From Lama guanicoe (Eukaryota): a stretch of DNA of 64,000 bases. A program made the position numbers and the translations under genes. The number at the start of each line of letters is the position of its first letter. Positions within the stretch are counted from its first letter, which is position 1. Below the pieces are notes generated by a model. The model made no database searches and was not told the DNA's origin. It saw only the letters and a list, made by a program, of their open reading frames with translations. The DNA is taken from contig MU053559.1 of the NCBI GenBank assembly GCA_013239625.1, forward strand, positions 3,474,607 through 3,538,606, read 5' to 3'. Shown one piece after another: positions 13,542 to 25,431 of this stretch.

Positions 13542-13678
13542 TCTTTTTTTTTTTCCTGGAAGGGAGGAGGTAATTAGGCTTATTTATTTGTCTTAATGGA
13601 GGTACTGGGGATTAAGCCCAGGACCTCGTGCATGCTAAGCAGGTGCTCTACCACTGAGCTACATCCTCCCCACGCCAG
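13542..13678 (-). mobile_element. vic-1-type SINE with TSD
   Basis: Perfect 13-bp TSD agtccatcttttc at 13529-13541 and 13679-13691; poly-T tail; tRNA-like head. Confidence 0.9.
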
Positions 13679-14789
13679 AGTCCATCTTTTCCGATAGAAG
13701 TCTCATACACACATTCTTGGATGTGTGAGGAAAATAATTAGGTCCAGACAGACTACAAACCAGCCTGTTTTTTTTTTAATTTAGGACATTATCTGAGATT
13801 AGAGGTTGGACACACAGACATGATCCGCCAATTGAGTATCATGGATGATTCTCTATGGGATGTGACTGAGTGCGCCCTGCCTTGTTATGGTTTCCCCTAC
13901 CCTATTCTAGCTTGCCCACTCCACTTTTCCAGACTAGGAGTTAAGTCTCTCCTTTTTCCCAGCCTTCCCTGCCCCATCTTTGGCTCACCATAGGAAAAGG
14001 GTCAGAAACACTTTGCATTTTCATTTTTTTTTAAAAAAAGACTGTTGATTCTCCATTTTCAATGACAGCTTCCATCAGTTATACAAGGAGTGAATAGTTG
14101 AGGTAATCTAAACTGTGATTTAAATAGTGCCTGTGCATTTCATTACCAAGACGATCATTGCCTAAGTCAAAAGGTTTGACTAATTCCCCCATCTCATTTT
14201 CATATTGTTTAAGTTTTGGCTTCCAAGAACTTTAGACAAAACACACACACATATCAAACGGCAAAATGAGCTACAGGTCGTATATGCCAGAAGTCTGAGG
14301 GGAAAAAAAAAATCAAATGAAAACAAGTGTGTTGGGCCAAATAATACGAAATAAACAGAAATGAAGTCAAGTTACAAACCAAGCCAGAAAAGAAACAGAA
14401 ACCCCATAAGAAAACACACTTAAGGAAATCAACACGATGTGTAGCCAAAGGAACATCAGGAAGGTTGTTCCCAGATGGCCATCTCTCCTGGGCAGTCTTC
14501 CCCTTGGGAATGGAAACTCTTTAGCAGGCAGCCAAAGCTCTGTGCTTTGGGCTCAGAGCAGGGCATCGCCTGTGGAAGAGCCTGGCCCTTGTTAACCTTT
14601 GGCAGCTTTTAGTAAGCAAAGGGAAAAGCAGTCTTTCCTCAAGGCCCAGCCCTTCCTGGGGCGGCCTCGTGGCTGAGCCCCCAAAGTGCAGGGTTGGGGA
14701 AATGGGGAATGACAGAGAAGAATAAGGGAGCTCCCCACTTCCCAAAGAATGCAAGATGCTTGGGAGACAAAACAGCATACAGTGAAGAC

Positions 14790-15047
14790 TGGGAATTTTG
14801 TAGTTCACAGCGCCAGGTCTGGGTCCTACCTTCACACACACCACTGTAATTGAGAAATTCAAACCTACACTGTCAACTGGGGTGTCAACTGACCTGGGGT
14901 GATCACTTCCGCTCTCAATAACTCACTTTTCTCATCTCTGAAAAGGGGAATGATAATAGCACTTATTGAACAAGGTTACAGGGGAAATAAATGAGATAAT
15001 GTAGATGGCCACTTAGAATGATGCTCAAAGTGCTATCTGTTGTTATG
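14790..15047 (+). mobile_element. MIR carrying an extra inserted segment
   Basis: tgacctggggtgatcactt..ttttctcatctctgaaaaggggaatgataatagcac..aaatgagataatg. Confidence 0.7.
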
Positions 15048-16614
15048 TTAGTTAAGGTGTCTGTTGCGTTAGTGTTTGGATGGGGGAGCAGAAAAGGACA
15101 AGGGCTTAACTAAAAGGCAGCGGAAGTCCTATAAGGCAGCAAAGGAATACTGGCTGACCCAGTAAGCATTTTAGTCATAGGATTCTTATTCAAAGTTTGT
15201 GAGTTCTAAATTTTTCTTGAGGAGTAAGTCCTCTAGAATCGTCCCAAGATCCAATTTGCCCTTCCCAGATGTCCTCAGAATTGTTTGAAACAGATTCTCC
15301 ACCCAAATTTGTAGATCAGGTGTGGTATGGGTTTCTCCGTGACTAAACTCAAAGATCCTGGCATCTCTGGAATTTTCTGGGTACCAAGGGTTGGGTCTAG
15401 TGAACCAGCCCCCCAGGATGGCTGGCTGCAAAACAGATACATAGCACTAACTAGAGAATGGAAAATAACCACCACTCCTGTGGGGTTTCCCTGAGCTTAT
15501 CTGAAACTTCATGGTCTCTAATGGCTAAATCAACACACAGTACAGGGATATAAGGAAAATAAAGATAAAGGAAAGGAAATAAATATTCACTCCACCTTAA
15601 TCTTGGCCAATTCCCAAAGGGTCTATTCACACATCCATTTGTCTCAATTGTCTAGTAACAGAGGGGACACAGTTCCCTCAAACTGGGTGACTCCAGCATT
15701 GGTGAAATATCAGAGGTTATTCCCTTACATTTTCCCTTTCTTTCCTTTTATAGGAACATGGCTGCTGTCTTGGTTAAGTTTAGATTATTCTCTGTCAAGT
15801 TGGAATATTACTGTGGGATGTATGAACAGATTGGAGTTCAGTTTTTAAAGTCCTATATTACTCACCCATCTTTTTGTCTTAGTGGTTGTTGGATGATCAA
15901 AAATTATTTCGTGCTGCACACAGTATTGGTCACGTGAGCATTTACCTTCCAACTGTAGCATTCTAAACAGCCCTTAATGGTGAAATTGTTAGCTAAATGA
16001 ATCTTTTCCTTGACACTCCTATGCCTTCTTCTTAGGTGTTCTCCATTCTTTGTCCAATGCTTTCCTCCCCTCACACTTGCCCACCGCAGCTCAGCTAAAC
16101 TTTTCTTCCCCAACCCCACTCTACACTCAACAAAAATGTATGGGTCCTGGGTCAGAGCCCCTCAATGCCAGGAGATACCTTGTTTGGCAAGATGATGACT
16201 AACTTGATCAATGAATTCTCCCTAGTGTGTTAATGGTCCATAATGAATTCATGTATAATCACTCTTAGGGAATATATTTCCATTTTAACAGGGACTTCAT
16301 GAGCTCTTGATATCTTAAACAAACTCACAGGAGGGGGTAGATATTTGTACATCCATCTGGGGCACTGACTGTTACCTTCATGAGGCTGATTGTCCGCATC
16401 CATCAAACATCTTGATGTGTCTTGGAAAAAGCATCTTTTACATCCCTGGGTTGGGATAGTGTGCTCAGACAACATCAGTGATGGCCTGGCTGTTCTACAA
16501 AAAATAATCCAGAAGCTCTTGTCTTTTTAGACTTGAACTATTTTATTTATACTGTCAGAGTTTTGTGGGGTTACTGCTGTAAGGGTGGCCTTGAGGATAT
16601 TAACAGACTCACCA

Positions 16615-16773
16615 CTAGAATTGAGAAATTCAACCCTACACTGTCAACAACTAGCTTTGTGGTCCTGAGAGAGTCCCTTCATCTCTGAGTCTTGGTTTCT
16701 TCCTCTTATAATTAGGAAAGTTGGACCGTATGATCTCTAATGTCCTTATAAGCTTGAACGTTCTATCATTCTA
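16615..16773 (+). mobile_element. MIR3/MIRc
   Basis: actagctttgtggtcctg..tctctgagtcttggtttcttcc..gttggaccgtatgatctctaatgtcc..ttctatcattcta. Confidence 0.65.
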
Positions 16774-17266
16774 AAATCCATCAGTGAAGTCCGCTAGGGT
16801 GTTGGCTGTCTAAGTCAATGCTGACGTATTTTCAGGGAGGTTACTTCAGGGCGTTGTGGTAATATCTCACTGGGGACGTTGTTTTCTGTCTGAAGATTGA
16901 TATCTTGCTACAGAGGGTTCTTTTGCATTGCTCCAAGTGCTGGGCTACAAACCTATAAACAGTGTCTTAATAGTTTTATCTTTCCAAGAACAATTGGATG
17001 TGCAGTGAGTATTTCTTCTGCACATCTTCAGGGTACTTATTTTAGCCTCACTTGATTACTGTCCAAAGTTTTTTGGTTAGAAGATTTGTCTCGATGCTTA
17101 TTTCAGCCAGCGATTTTGTCTGTCCAGTTTGGAAGGCCACAGTGTTGAATAACTGCATGGGATACACTTGTAGCTTTTCAAACTCGATGCTTCCATGTTA
17201 CGTCTCTTACCTTTCAAACTCTCAAGGTAGGTAGCCTCCTGACAATTCCAAACATCATCTTATCTC

Positions 17267-17815
17267 TCCAGCAATTTCACTACTGAGTCTGCATCCCAAA
17301 GAACTGAAAGCAGGGTCTTGAAGAGATACTGTTCAGCTTTATTCACAATAGCCAAGAGGTGGAAACAACCTAAGAGTTCACCTATGGATGAATGGATAAA
17401 CCAAATGTGTTATATCCAGACAGTGGAATACTATTCAGCCTTAAAAAAGGAAATTCTGACACATGCTACAGCATGGGTGAATCTTAAGGACATTATACTC
17501 AGCAAAATAAACCAGTCACAAAAAGGCAAATGCTGTACAATTCCACTTATTTATATAAGATATCTAGAGTAGTCAGACTCATAGAAATAGAAGGTAGAAT
17601 GGTGGTTGCCAAGGACTAGGGGGAGGGGGATATGAGGAGATGTGGTTTAAGGGGTATAGGGTTTCAGTTTTGCAAGTAAACAAGTTCTGGAGATTGCTTT
17701 TGTGACACCTTGAATACGGTTAACACTGAAGCGTATACTTCAAAATGATTAAGACAGTACATTTTATGTTTTGTGTATTTTACCAAATTTAAAATGCAAC
17801 TAAAGTCTTAAAAAA
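17267..17815 (+). mobile_element. L1MB-like 3' fragment (ORF2 C-terminal remnant plus 3'UTR)
   Basis: ORF 17318-17572 ALFTIAKRWKQPK..DEWIN..EYYSALKKEIL resembles the L1 ORF2p C-terminus and is followed by L1MB-type 3'UTR. Confidence 0.9.
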
Positions 17816-18265
17816 AAGTTGTTTTCTGTGATTACTTCAATCATTCTGCCACAGGGCTCGCAAGTTTTCTGTTTAGGCAAGTTGTTGGGAGCTGTGTCCG
17901 GTCACCTTGTTCTCTGCAGCCTGTTTACAAGAAGCCACCTGGGTAATATATTCTGAATGTCAAGATGAGCTCACAAGTTTGGTGTTAAGTCTCAGCTGTA
18001 CAGATCTTGTGTTTTTCCTTATTTAGCTCGAGGGCTTGCAGTTTTTGGGCTAAGCCACATCCCAGAAGTGCTAGATATTCTCTTGAAACTTAAAGCATCA
18101 TTTTGGGAGCTAAATCACTCTTCTATTGGAAATGCAGACATGGCAATGACCCAAACTGCCCCTCGAAGACTTGAAGAGTGACACTTTGTCTGCCTTTCTC
18201 ATCACCTTTTTTTTCACACATATCTGATGCTCAATGAATGTTGACGTGTAAAAAGAAATGTACCC

Positions 18266-19581
18266 CAGGATCAGCTTCAAGGGTGTGGGATCTGTGTAGT
18301 CAGACAGGTGTCCACACTCAGAAAGGGGCTGCAGTTCGGTTTAATGCCCTGCTGTCACCTTCTTGACCTTCTCAATAATTTTACTTTTGGACTTGTTTTG
18401 TTTTGTTTTGTTGTTTTAGGGAAATCTGATGGGACAAGGGAGCATGAATGTGAGTAGAGAAGATACTAGTGATACGAGTGTCCACTGTTCCTTGGTGCCC
18501 CATTCGGGTAAAGCATTCGTGATGTCCCATGAGCACAGAATTACAGAGGACCCGTGATGTGAGTTCAGCGAGATGCAAAGTGTGTTCAATCTACAACTGA
18601 GTGAATGGGGTAGCTGACAGCTCTGTGAGGTGATGCATTCCATTTGAACCAGAATTGCCTTCGATGGCAGAATAAGGCAGTAGGGTTCTAAGAAGCATGA
18701 AGGAACAAAGAAACCTATCAGGTTCTTTCTTACTTGTGTTACTTGCCTGTACTAGCCAACCATTCACACAAAATGATGAGATACATAGAGACAGAAAACA
18801 AACTGGGGGTTACCAAAGGCGAAAGAGGGGGAGGGATAAACGAGAAGTTTGGGATTAACAGTCACACACTACTGTATATAAAATAGATAAACAACAAGGA
18901 CCTACTGTATAGCACAGGGAACTACATTCAATAGTTTATAATCACTTACAATGAAAAACAAATATGAAAAAGAATAGGTGTGTATGTATAACTGGATCAC
19001 TATGCTGTACACCAGAAACTAACACAACATTGCAAATCAACCAGACTTCAATAAAACAAGTAAATAGAGAAGAAAATGATGAGATAGAAGGAAAGAGAAA
19101 AATAGGACCACCCATGGTTCTTTTTCTTTCCAGTCCTTCGTTACTCATCGAAAGTCAAAGGTTGAGAGAGCTGATGGAATGTGTGCATGTGAAGAATGGA
19201 AATAGAAATAGTTAAGTTAGTTTTGTTCCCTATTTCTAATCTTCTGGCAAGAACAAAATACGCGTGTACGTATGAGGTAGGAAACCTGAATTTCAGTAAT
19301 TTCGCCTGTGGGTTTTACTTGTATTTATAACTGGCATCATACAATATAAGACTAATGGTACATTCATGCTAATAATTTAACATTTTCATTTTTCTTCACT
19401 TAGAACAACACTAACTAGCAAATGAAAAACACCGGGACAAAGCGAAAGAGAAACTGCAGAAGAAAAGAAAAAGCTTTATGTTTTGGTACCTTTAATGGCA
19501 CCCTTTTTCCTGCTTTTTGAACAAGGGGACCTGTGCCATTTCATTGTGCACTGGGCCCCTCCAATCATGTAGCTGGCTCTG
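18266..19581 (+). mobile_element. MER45B-like non-autonomous hAT-Tip100 DNA transposon, full length
   Basis: Termini caggatcagct / agctggctctg; 8-bp TSD atgtaccc (18258-18265) / atgtcccc (19582-19589); body matches recalled MER45B. Confidence 0.85.
18784..19072 (+). mobile_element. L1 3'UTR fragment nested in MER45B
   Basis: Perfect 14-bp TSD aaaatgatgagata at 18770-18783 and 19073-19086. Confidence 0.9.
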
Positions 19582-20935
19582 ATGTCCCCTACATCATTTG
19601 GCTAGAGTGAGTTTCAGGGAAGTGGGGAGACTTGTCAAAGGGCCTCTGTGTTCAAGGGGTCTTGAAATTAAATTCATGTCTCTGGCTCCAAGGATTAAAA
19701 AAAAAAACAAAAAGAACCCCACTCACATCCTTAAAGGTTACATGACAATCACTTTTGTTTCTATAATACTAACCAATGGCACCTGTGCTGATAGTTACAT
19801 GTGAAATTAAGTCAGGAACAGATGGAGTTCTAAGGCCAACTGTGGCCAGTCATGGAAAACCTGCCCTCCTTAAATAGCCTCTGGTGTAATTGTCTGCCCA
19901 CACTCTGCCCACTTTTCAGGTTTAAATACAAGGCGACATTTGGTATGCATTTCCTGTAATAAGGAAACATGTGATGATTATTCCCAAGATGTTATTTTTA
20001 AGACTATTGTTAACTGTGGTCTGTCTTTAGTTTCTCAGGGAAGGAAAAAGCAACGACTCAAAGCATCACTTAATTCAAGTTGGGCAACCCCAGCAGAGCA
20101 GAGCCACTGAAGGAAAGTGAGTGGGGATATATTCATCCCCTACTTTGCAGACAGTGAGGAATGGAATAAGTTGGTGACCCCTGGGAGAGGTCAGATCTTC
20201 CAATGCCATGTCCAACACCGGGAAGGCAACTAACACAGAAGGCTACCTGTTTCTATAACAGCCGGAAATAAACATAGTTATTTGCATATTCCAGTTTGAG
20301 GATAGGCACCTGCAGCCTTGGTTTTGCTTGCTCTTTTGCTTTCTACTTTTAGTATTAAAAATAACTTGAAAATCAATCATGTTGAAAGGTAATAGCTTAT
20401 TTTTTTCTCTCAACACGAGGGAAGGAAATATCACGTCGACTGAAGCCATTCAGTAAAAGAATAAGACAAGGTTTGCATTTAAATTGAGAGGGGGTCTGTA
20501 ATAGAAAAGAAGTCTGAGGTCAGAGTCGGAATACGGTTGCGTCTGATTACACTTAGCTCTACTGTCTTGTGCCCAGTGCTTGTCTTAAGAGGCTGGTGCC
20601 AAAATCAGCAGCAGGATGGGTTCGAGTAGAGGCTAACACTCCCTGGGGAATGCTAAGAAATGTCCCGCAGTCTCATTCTCATCAGTAGTGAGGTGGTGCC
20701 GAGAGGGTGAAGAAAGACCTGGGCTCACTGCAATTTCCAGGAAGGCTTTGAATCTACAAACATGATTGCAATCCATTTATCTAGCCCTGGAGTGGACACG
20801 CCAGATAACTGTGTTGGAAATTAAGTACAGTTTATTTAAGAAGGTATCTGGCCAAGGTTAAGAGTGAGGCAGGGCCCCCTTAAATCTATATTATATCTAT
20901 AAAATCTATAAAATCCAGCCAATGTTCATAATTAG

Positions 20936-20992
20936 TGTGAGGTTGAACCATATGAAAATGCTGATGGAGATTTCATATGGTTCAACTTAATA
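20936..20992. mobile_element. MADE2-like mariner MITE
   Basis: Perfect 16-bp inverted repeat gttgaaccatatgaaa (20942-20957) / tttcatatggttcaac (20971-20986). Confidence 0.8.
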
Positions 20993-21309
20993 CTCAAATA
21001 TTTCTACTTGTTATTTTCACAGAAAGATACCTTTATGCTGAAAAGGGAAATGTACTTGGATTGCACTCTGTTCCTACTCCTCCTGTGTTAGCGGTGCTTG
21101 GGGTAAAATGAGCTGTTTTTCTTACCTAGACTTATGGCTCTGTGTCACCTTTTGGGGGCCATTCTGGTGTGCAGTGATCAGTTGCAGGATGTGTTGCAAA
21201 TCATTTATTATTAATAATAGCTAACGTGCTGAGGTTGGTGGATTTTTAACTTATTAAAAATAAACCAGAATTGAGGTTATGCCTATAATAATGATAACGA
21301 GACTTGCTT

Positions 21310-21520
21310 GGAGCTGAGACTTTCTCAGAGGCACACTGTAGTCTGAAGCTCCTTCTACCCAGTCTTCCTTCCTTCCCTCTCCCCCTTCATCGCTATAAAA
21401 ACCTGCACCTAAGCCTCTCCCCATCTACTCCTGTTCCCTTACCCCTTTTTCTTCCACACAAATTTCCCTCAATAAATCTCTTGCACATCTAATCCTACTT
21501 CATTTTCAAAATGACCCAGA
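21310..21520 (+). mobile_element. ERVL LTR16-like 3' fragment
   Basis: gagctgagactttctcaga..ttccttccttccctctc..caataaatctcttgcacatctaatcc. Confidence 0.6.
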
Positions 21521-22223
21521 AAGCCGAAATCTTCTGTAAAGAACATGTTGATCCTGAGTGTGGAATCCTCTGCAGAGCTGAAAATTTCCATTCACTTTCT
21601 TTTGCTGAGTCAGGGAAAGGACACTAATATGAAGATTCTTGAAAATCATGGGTCCTAGAGCTGATTTTTCTTTCCCTAGCTGGGATTCCAATGCAACAGA
21701 ATTGCCCTAAGTTAATTCAATGGGACTCCATGGTTGTTTGGCTAATAGGCAATGTTGGTTCAATCTGGGAATCATAAAAATGATTTATACCTTTTTTAAG
21801 CTCTTTATTTTAACTCAAAACATGTAAATTTGCATTAATCCCCCAATCCTTTGATGAAGGACCAAGGCTTTTCCTTGAGCATCTCTCAGTTTGCACAAAC
21901 CACATTGTTCTGCAGTCTCCAGTTATTTCTTTAAAGTGAAGCAGAAACTAAAAGATACCTGTCATGGAATCACAGTGCAGAACCTTTTTTTTTCATATTT
22001 TCCTTAAATTTCTAGAGTTATGCAAAAAAAAAAACAACTTGCTGTAATTAAGAATCTGAAAAGAATTAAACTTCGCAACTTTCTTTTTATGCTCATATTT
22101 AATCAAATTTTCATGTTTTTAACCAAATCACAGAAATATAATATCCTGACATGAACAGGATGTGTAAGAACCATCACTGAATCTTGGTATGAATTAACTC
22201 CGTGGGTGGGATCAAAAGTGGGA

Positions 22224-22325
22224 GGGGAGGGGGATAAAGCTCAGCTGTGGAGCACGTGCTTGGCATGCACAAGGTCCTGGGTTCAATCTCCAGTGCCTCT
22301 GTTAAGGGGAAAAAAAATTTTTTTT
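22224..22325 (+). mobile_element. vic-1-type SINE
   Basis: ggggagggggataaagctcagctgtggagcacgtgcttggcatgcacaaggtcctgggttcaatctccagtgcctc plus an A tail; flanks aaagtggga / aaagtgtga. Confidence 0.85.
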
Positions 22326-22640
22326 AAAGTGTGAAAGACTGCTAGGCTCAAGGCTGGAGGCAGCAGTGGGTGTATTTTAGAGATAAAACAGAACACTGGT
22401 TAATCTGGAAAGTTTGTTACGGAGTAGTTGGTCAAGAGGAGTTTTAGTCCATGATGCTTGATATAAAATACTCCACAATTAATGATATTACCTCTGTAGT
22501 TCCTTTGGCTCCCTGAGCTGCCTCCATTAGAGGTGGACGATAATTGACGATGATTCTCTGGCAATAGAACGTTCTTTTACACTAATTAGTCTTATTCTTT
22601 TTGGGTTCGTGTTGGCAATCTGATGAGTTATAGATCCTCT

Positions 22641-22707
22641 ATTTTTTTTTACCATTTATATTACTTTATTACCATCTTAATTCAATTCAGCCAACATTTG
22701 TTGAGTG
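22641..22707 (-). other. 67-bp polyadenylated retroposed fragment with 20-bp TSD
   Basis: tgatgagttatagatcctct at 22621-22640 and 22708-22727; T9 tail; minus-strand AATAAA at 22665-22670. Confidence 0.75.
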
Positions 22708-22823
22708 TGATGAGTTATAGATCCTCTTAGAAGAAAGATGTACATTCGCACACACATAAAAAAATGTAGATGGGGTTTTGTGCCTAAATCGCATTTGAAA
22801 ATTCCTTACTCATAAACTCCATA

Positions 22824-23181
22824 TGCTACAGACTAAATATTTGTGTCCCTGCCAACATTCATATGTTAAAAACCTAATCCCCAATGTGATAATACTTTGA
22901 GATAGGGCCTTGGGGAAGTGATTAGGTCATGAGGGCTCTGCCCTCATGAATGAGATTAGTGCTCTTACAAAAGAGACCCCAGAGAGTTCTCTTCTACCAT
23001 GTGAGGACACAGTGAGAAGGTACTATCTGTGAGCAGGGAGGCCCTCGACAGACTCCACATCTCTTGGTGCCATGACCTTGGACTCTCCCAGCTTCTAGAA
23101 CTGTGAGAAATAGATGTTTGTCATTTATAAGCCACCCTGTTTATGGTATTTTTTCTTAGACTGGCCCCAAAAGCTTGATAC
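22824..23181 (+). mobile_element. MaLR solo LTR, MLT1A/MST-like
   Basis: tgctacagactaaatatttgtgtcc..ttaggtcatgagggctctgccctcatgaat..ctagaactgtgagaaata; ccata on both flanks. Confidence 0.8.
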
Positions 23182-24452
23182 CATAGAACATTATTAAAAC
23201 ATACAGAAGAAAAAATAAATAGGCAGTACACTGGCTTGTCATTTTCTAACCAGGAAAATAAAGTAAAGCGTGGACTGTATTTGCCTGATAAGATTGAGTC
23301 ATCATAAATGCCACTGTCTAATCCTTGGGAAAAGTCACACCCACCACGCACACTCACATTCGCTTAGTTCCCACAGGGAGTGGCAAGAGTCATGCCAGTC
23401 TGATTCATCTTGCAGGAAGGAAGAGGGAAGTGCCCTGTTGAGCCACAACCAAGGCCACAGAGAAGACTTGGTCTTGGAGAGCAGCAGAGGTCGGGACCAT
23501 CCAAGGGCAGAGCCGTGACTGTCAGTTGAGTAAGACTGTGTCACCGAACCCCAAATGGACACAGCCTAACGGGACCTTGGAGATCATCCGGGCCAACTCA
23601 TTTCATAACTCAGTCCCATCAGATGCAAACTATTACAGAATTATAAGCAGGAGACTGTTCTCTCAGATTTACCCTCAATTCTAGGAGGAGCAAGAATTGC
23701 TTTCCTGGCCTTGATTAGCACGCAGGTGGTTGGCGCCAAATGTCTTCCTTCTTGTCCTGAAGATAACATTTGAAGGCATGATGGTTAGTGTCTACAAGTT
23801 AGTGATAAAAGCTGGACGGGAATCCAGCCCTTCTACTTTTCTTCCCAGGTTCTTGCTACCAAATCTCACTCCTCCAGGCCTAGAGGATGCTCCTGCAGTT
23901 TAGCTAATCTTATTTAAATGATTTGAGTAGAAAAACATTTCAAGGACATTCTCATTCCGTCCCCACTCTCCTCTCTTGTTCCTCTTTTCAGGAACAGCTT
24001 TGAAGCCTCGGGCATAACTTGCAAAATCGCAAATGACATTAGTGCTTCTATTTCGCTGGCTGGACAAATCAATCTGAGTGATGTTGTGTTCCGTTTCTTA
24101 AGAACTGCTGCTAACTTTGTACAGAGTGCCAAAACCCCAAATTCAAGTGGTTAAGACTGGCGATCAAGTGCAAGGCAGCTTAAAAGTGGTTAGGCTTGCC
24201 TCCTCACTTCGCTATCTTTTGCTAAGGCATTGAAGAGTGACTCATTCATTGAGAGACTAACTTAAAATGAGCAAGTGATTATGTACAAAATGAGGTGATA
24301 ATTGAAAGAGGGCTTTTTTTCTCAAGTACCAATCCTTGAGCTGAATAATGGCCTGATTTAGGAGGAAGCATAGAGGAAGCCCAGGGAGAGAGGGAAAGGA
24401 GACTTTTATTTGTGCTTTTGGCCATAATGGAAGGAGGCTAAAAATGGGGGTG

Positions 24453-24999
24453 GTGGTAGGCAGAATAATGCCTCTCCCCAAGATATCCATGTCCTAATTC
24501 CTAGAGCCTGTGAATAGGATTTTGGTTATGCTAAATGGCAGATGGGAATTCAGGTTGCAGATAGAATGAAGGCTGCTAATCAGCTGATCTTAAAATAGAA
24601 AGATTATCCTAGATTATCTGGTTGGCCCAATGTAATCACAAGGATCCTTAAAAGTGGGAAAGGGAGGCAGAAAGGGAGAGGCAGCAGGAGATGTGACCAT
24701 GGAAGAGGTCAGGATAATGTGATGCGAGAAGGATTTGACCTCTTGTTGCTGGCTTTGAAGATGAAGAAAGGGTTTATAAGCCTTGGCATGGGGGTAGCCT
24801 CTAGAAGCTACAAAAGATGAAGAAGGGAATATATTCTTCCTCTAGAACCTCTGGAATGAATGCAGGCCTGGTCACATCTTGATTTTAGCCCAGTGAGACC
24901 CGTGTCAGACTTCTAACCTACAGAACTATAAGAAGAAATTTGTGTTAAGTCACTAAGTTTGTGATAATTTTTTACAGCAGCAAATAGAAAAGTAATGCA
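24453..24999 (+). mobile_element. MaLR solo LTR, MLT1D-like
   Basis: gtggtaggcagaataatg..gctaatcagctga..gattatctggttggcccaatgtaatcacaagg..ttacagcagcaaatagaaaagtaatgca. Confidence 0.85.
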
Positions 25000-25431
25000 G
25001 GAGAAATGAAAGTAAGGGTCAAGGAGATGTTCCTGTTTTAGGTGTGTTTCAGGCAGGCTGTCGCCAGCAAGAAGACTGAGGAAGATATGCCAAGAGTTGA
25101 GGACCCACAGCAGAAGGTGGCTATGAGTCTAGAAAACTGAGGAGAAGGGACACAGAAGGAGCTTGGAATAGGGAGCAGCACCTGGAGGTTCAAGGACCCT
25201 AATCAGGAGGGACTTCAAATGACCAGAGGATGGCTAAATAGAGATAGAAATAAAATTGTCTCTTGTTGGATCCACTATTATTGTGGGTCTCAGTTTCCAT
25301 GCCCTAAACCATACTGAATATCTTCCGATAAGTTGGGCTGAGGTTCTTCCAAGACAAAATAATTGGGATTCTTTCTGCTTTGCCCAGAGGTAACTTGGAC
25401 TTTTACAGGCTCTGACTTGACAAAGGAGTCA

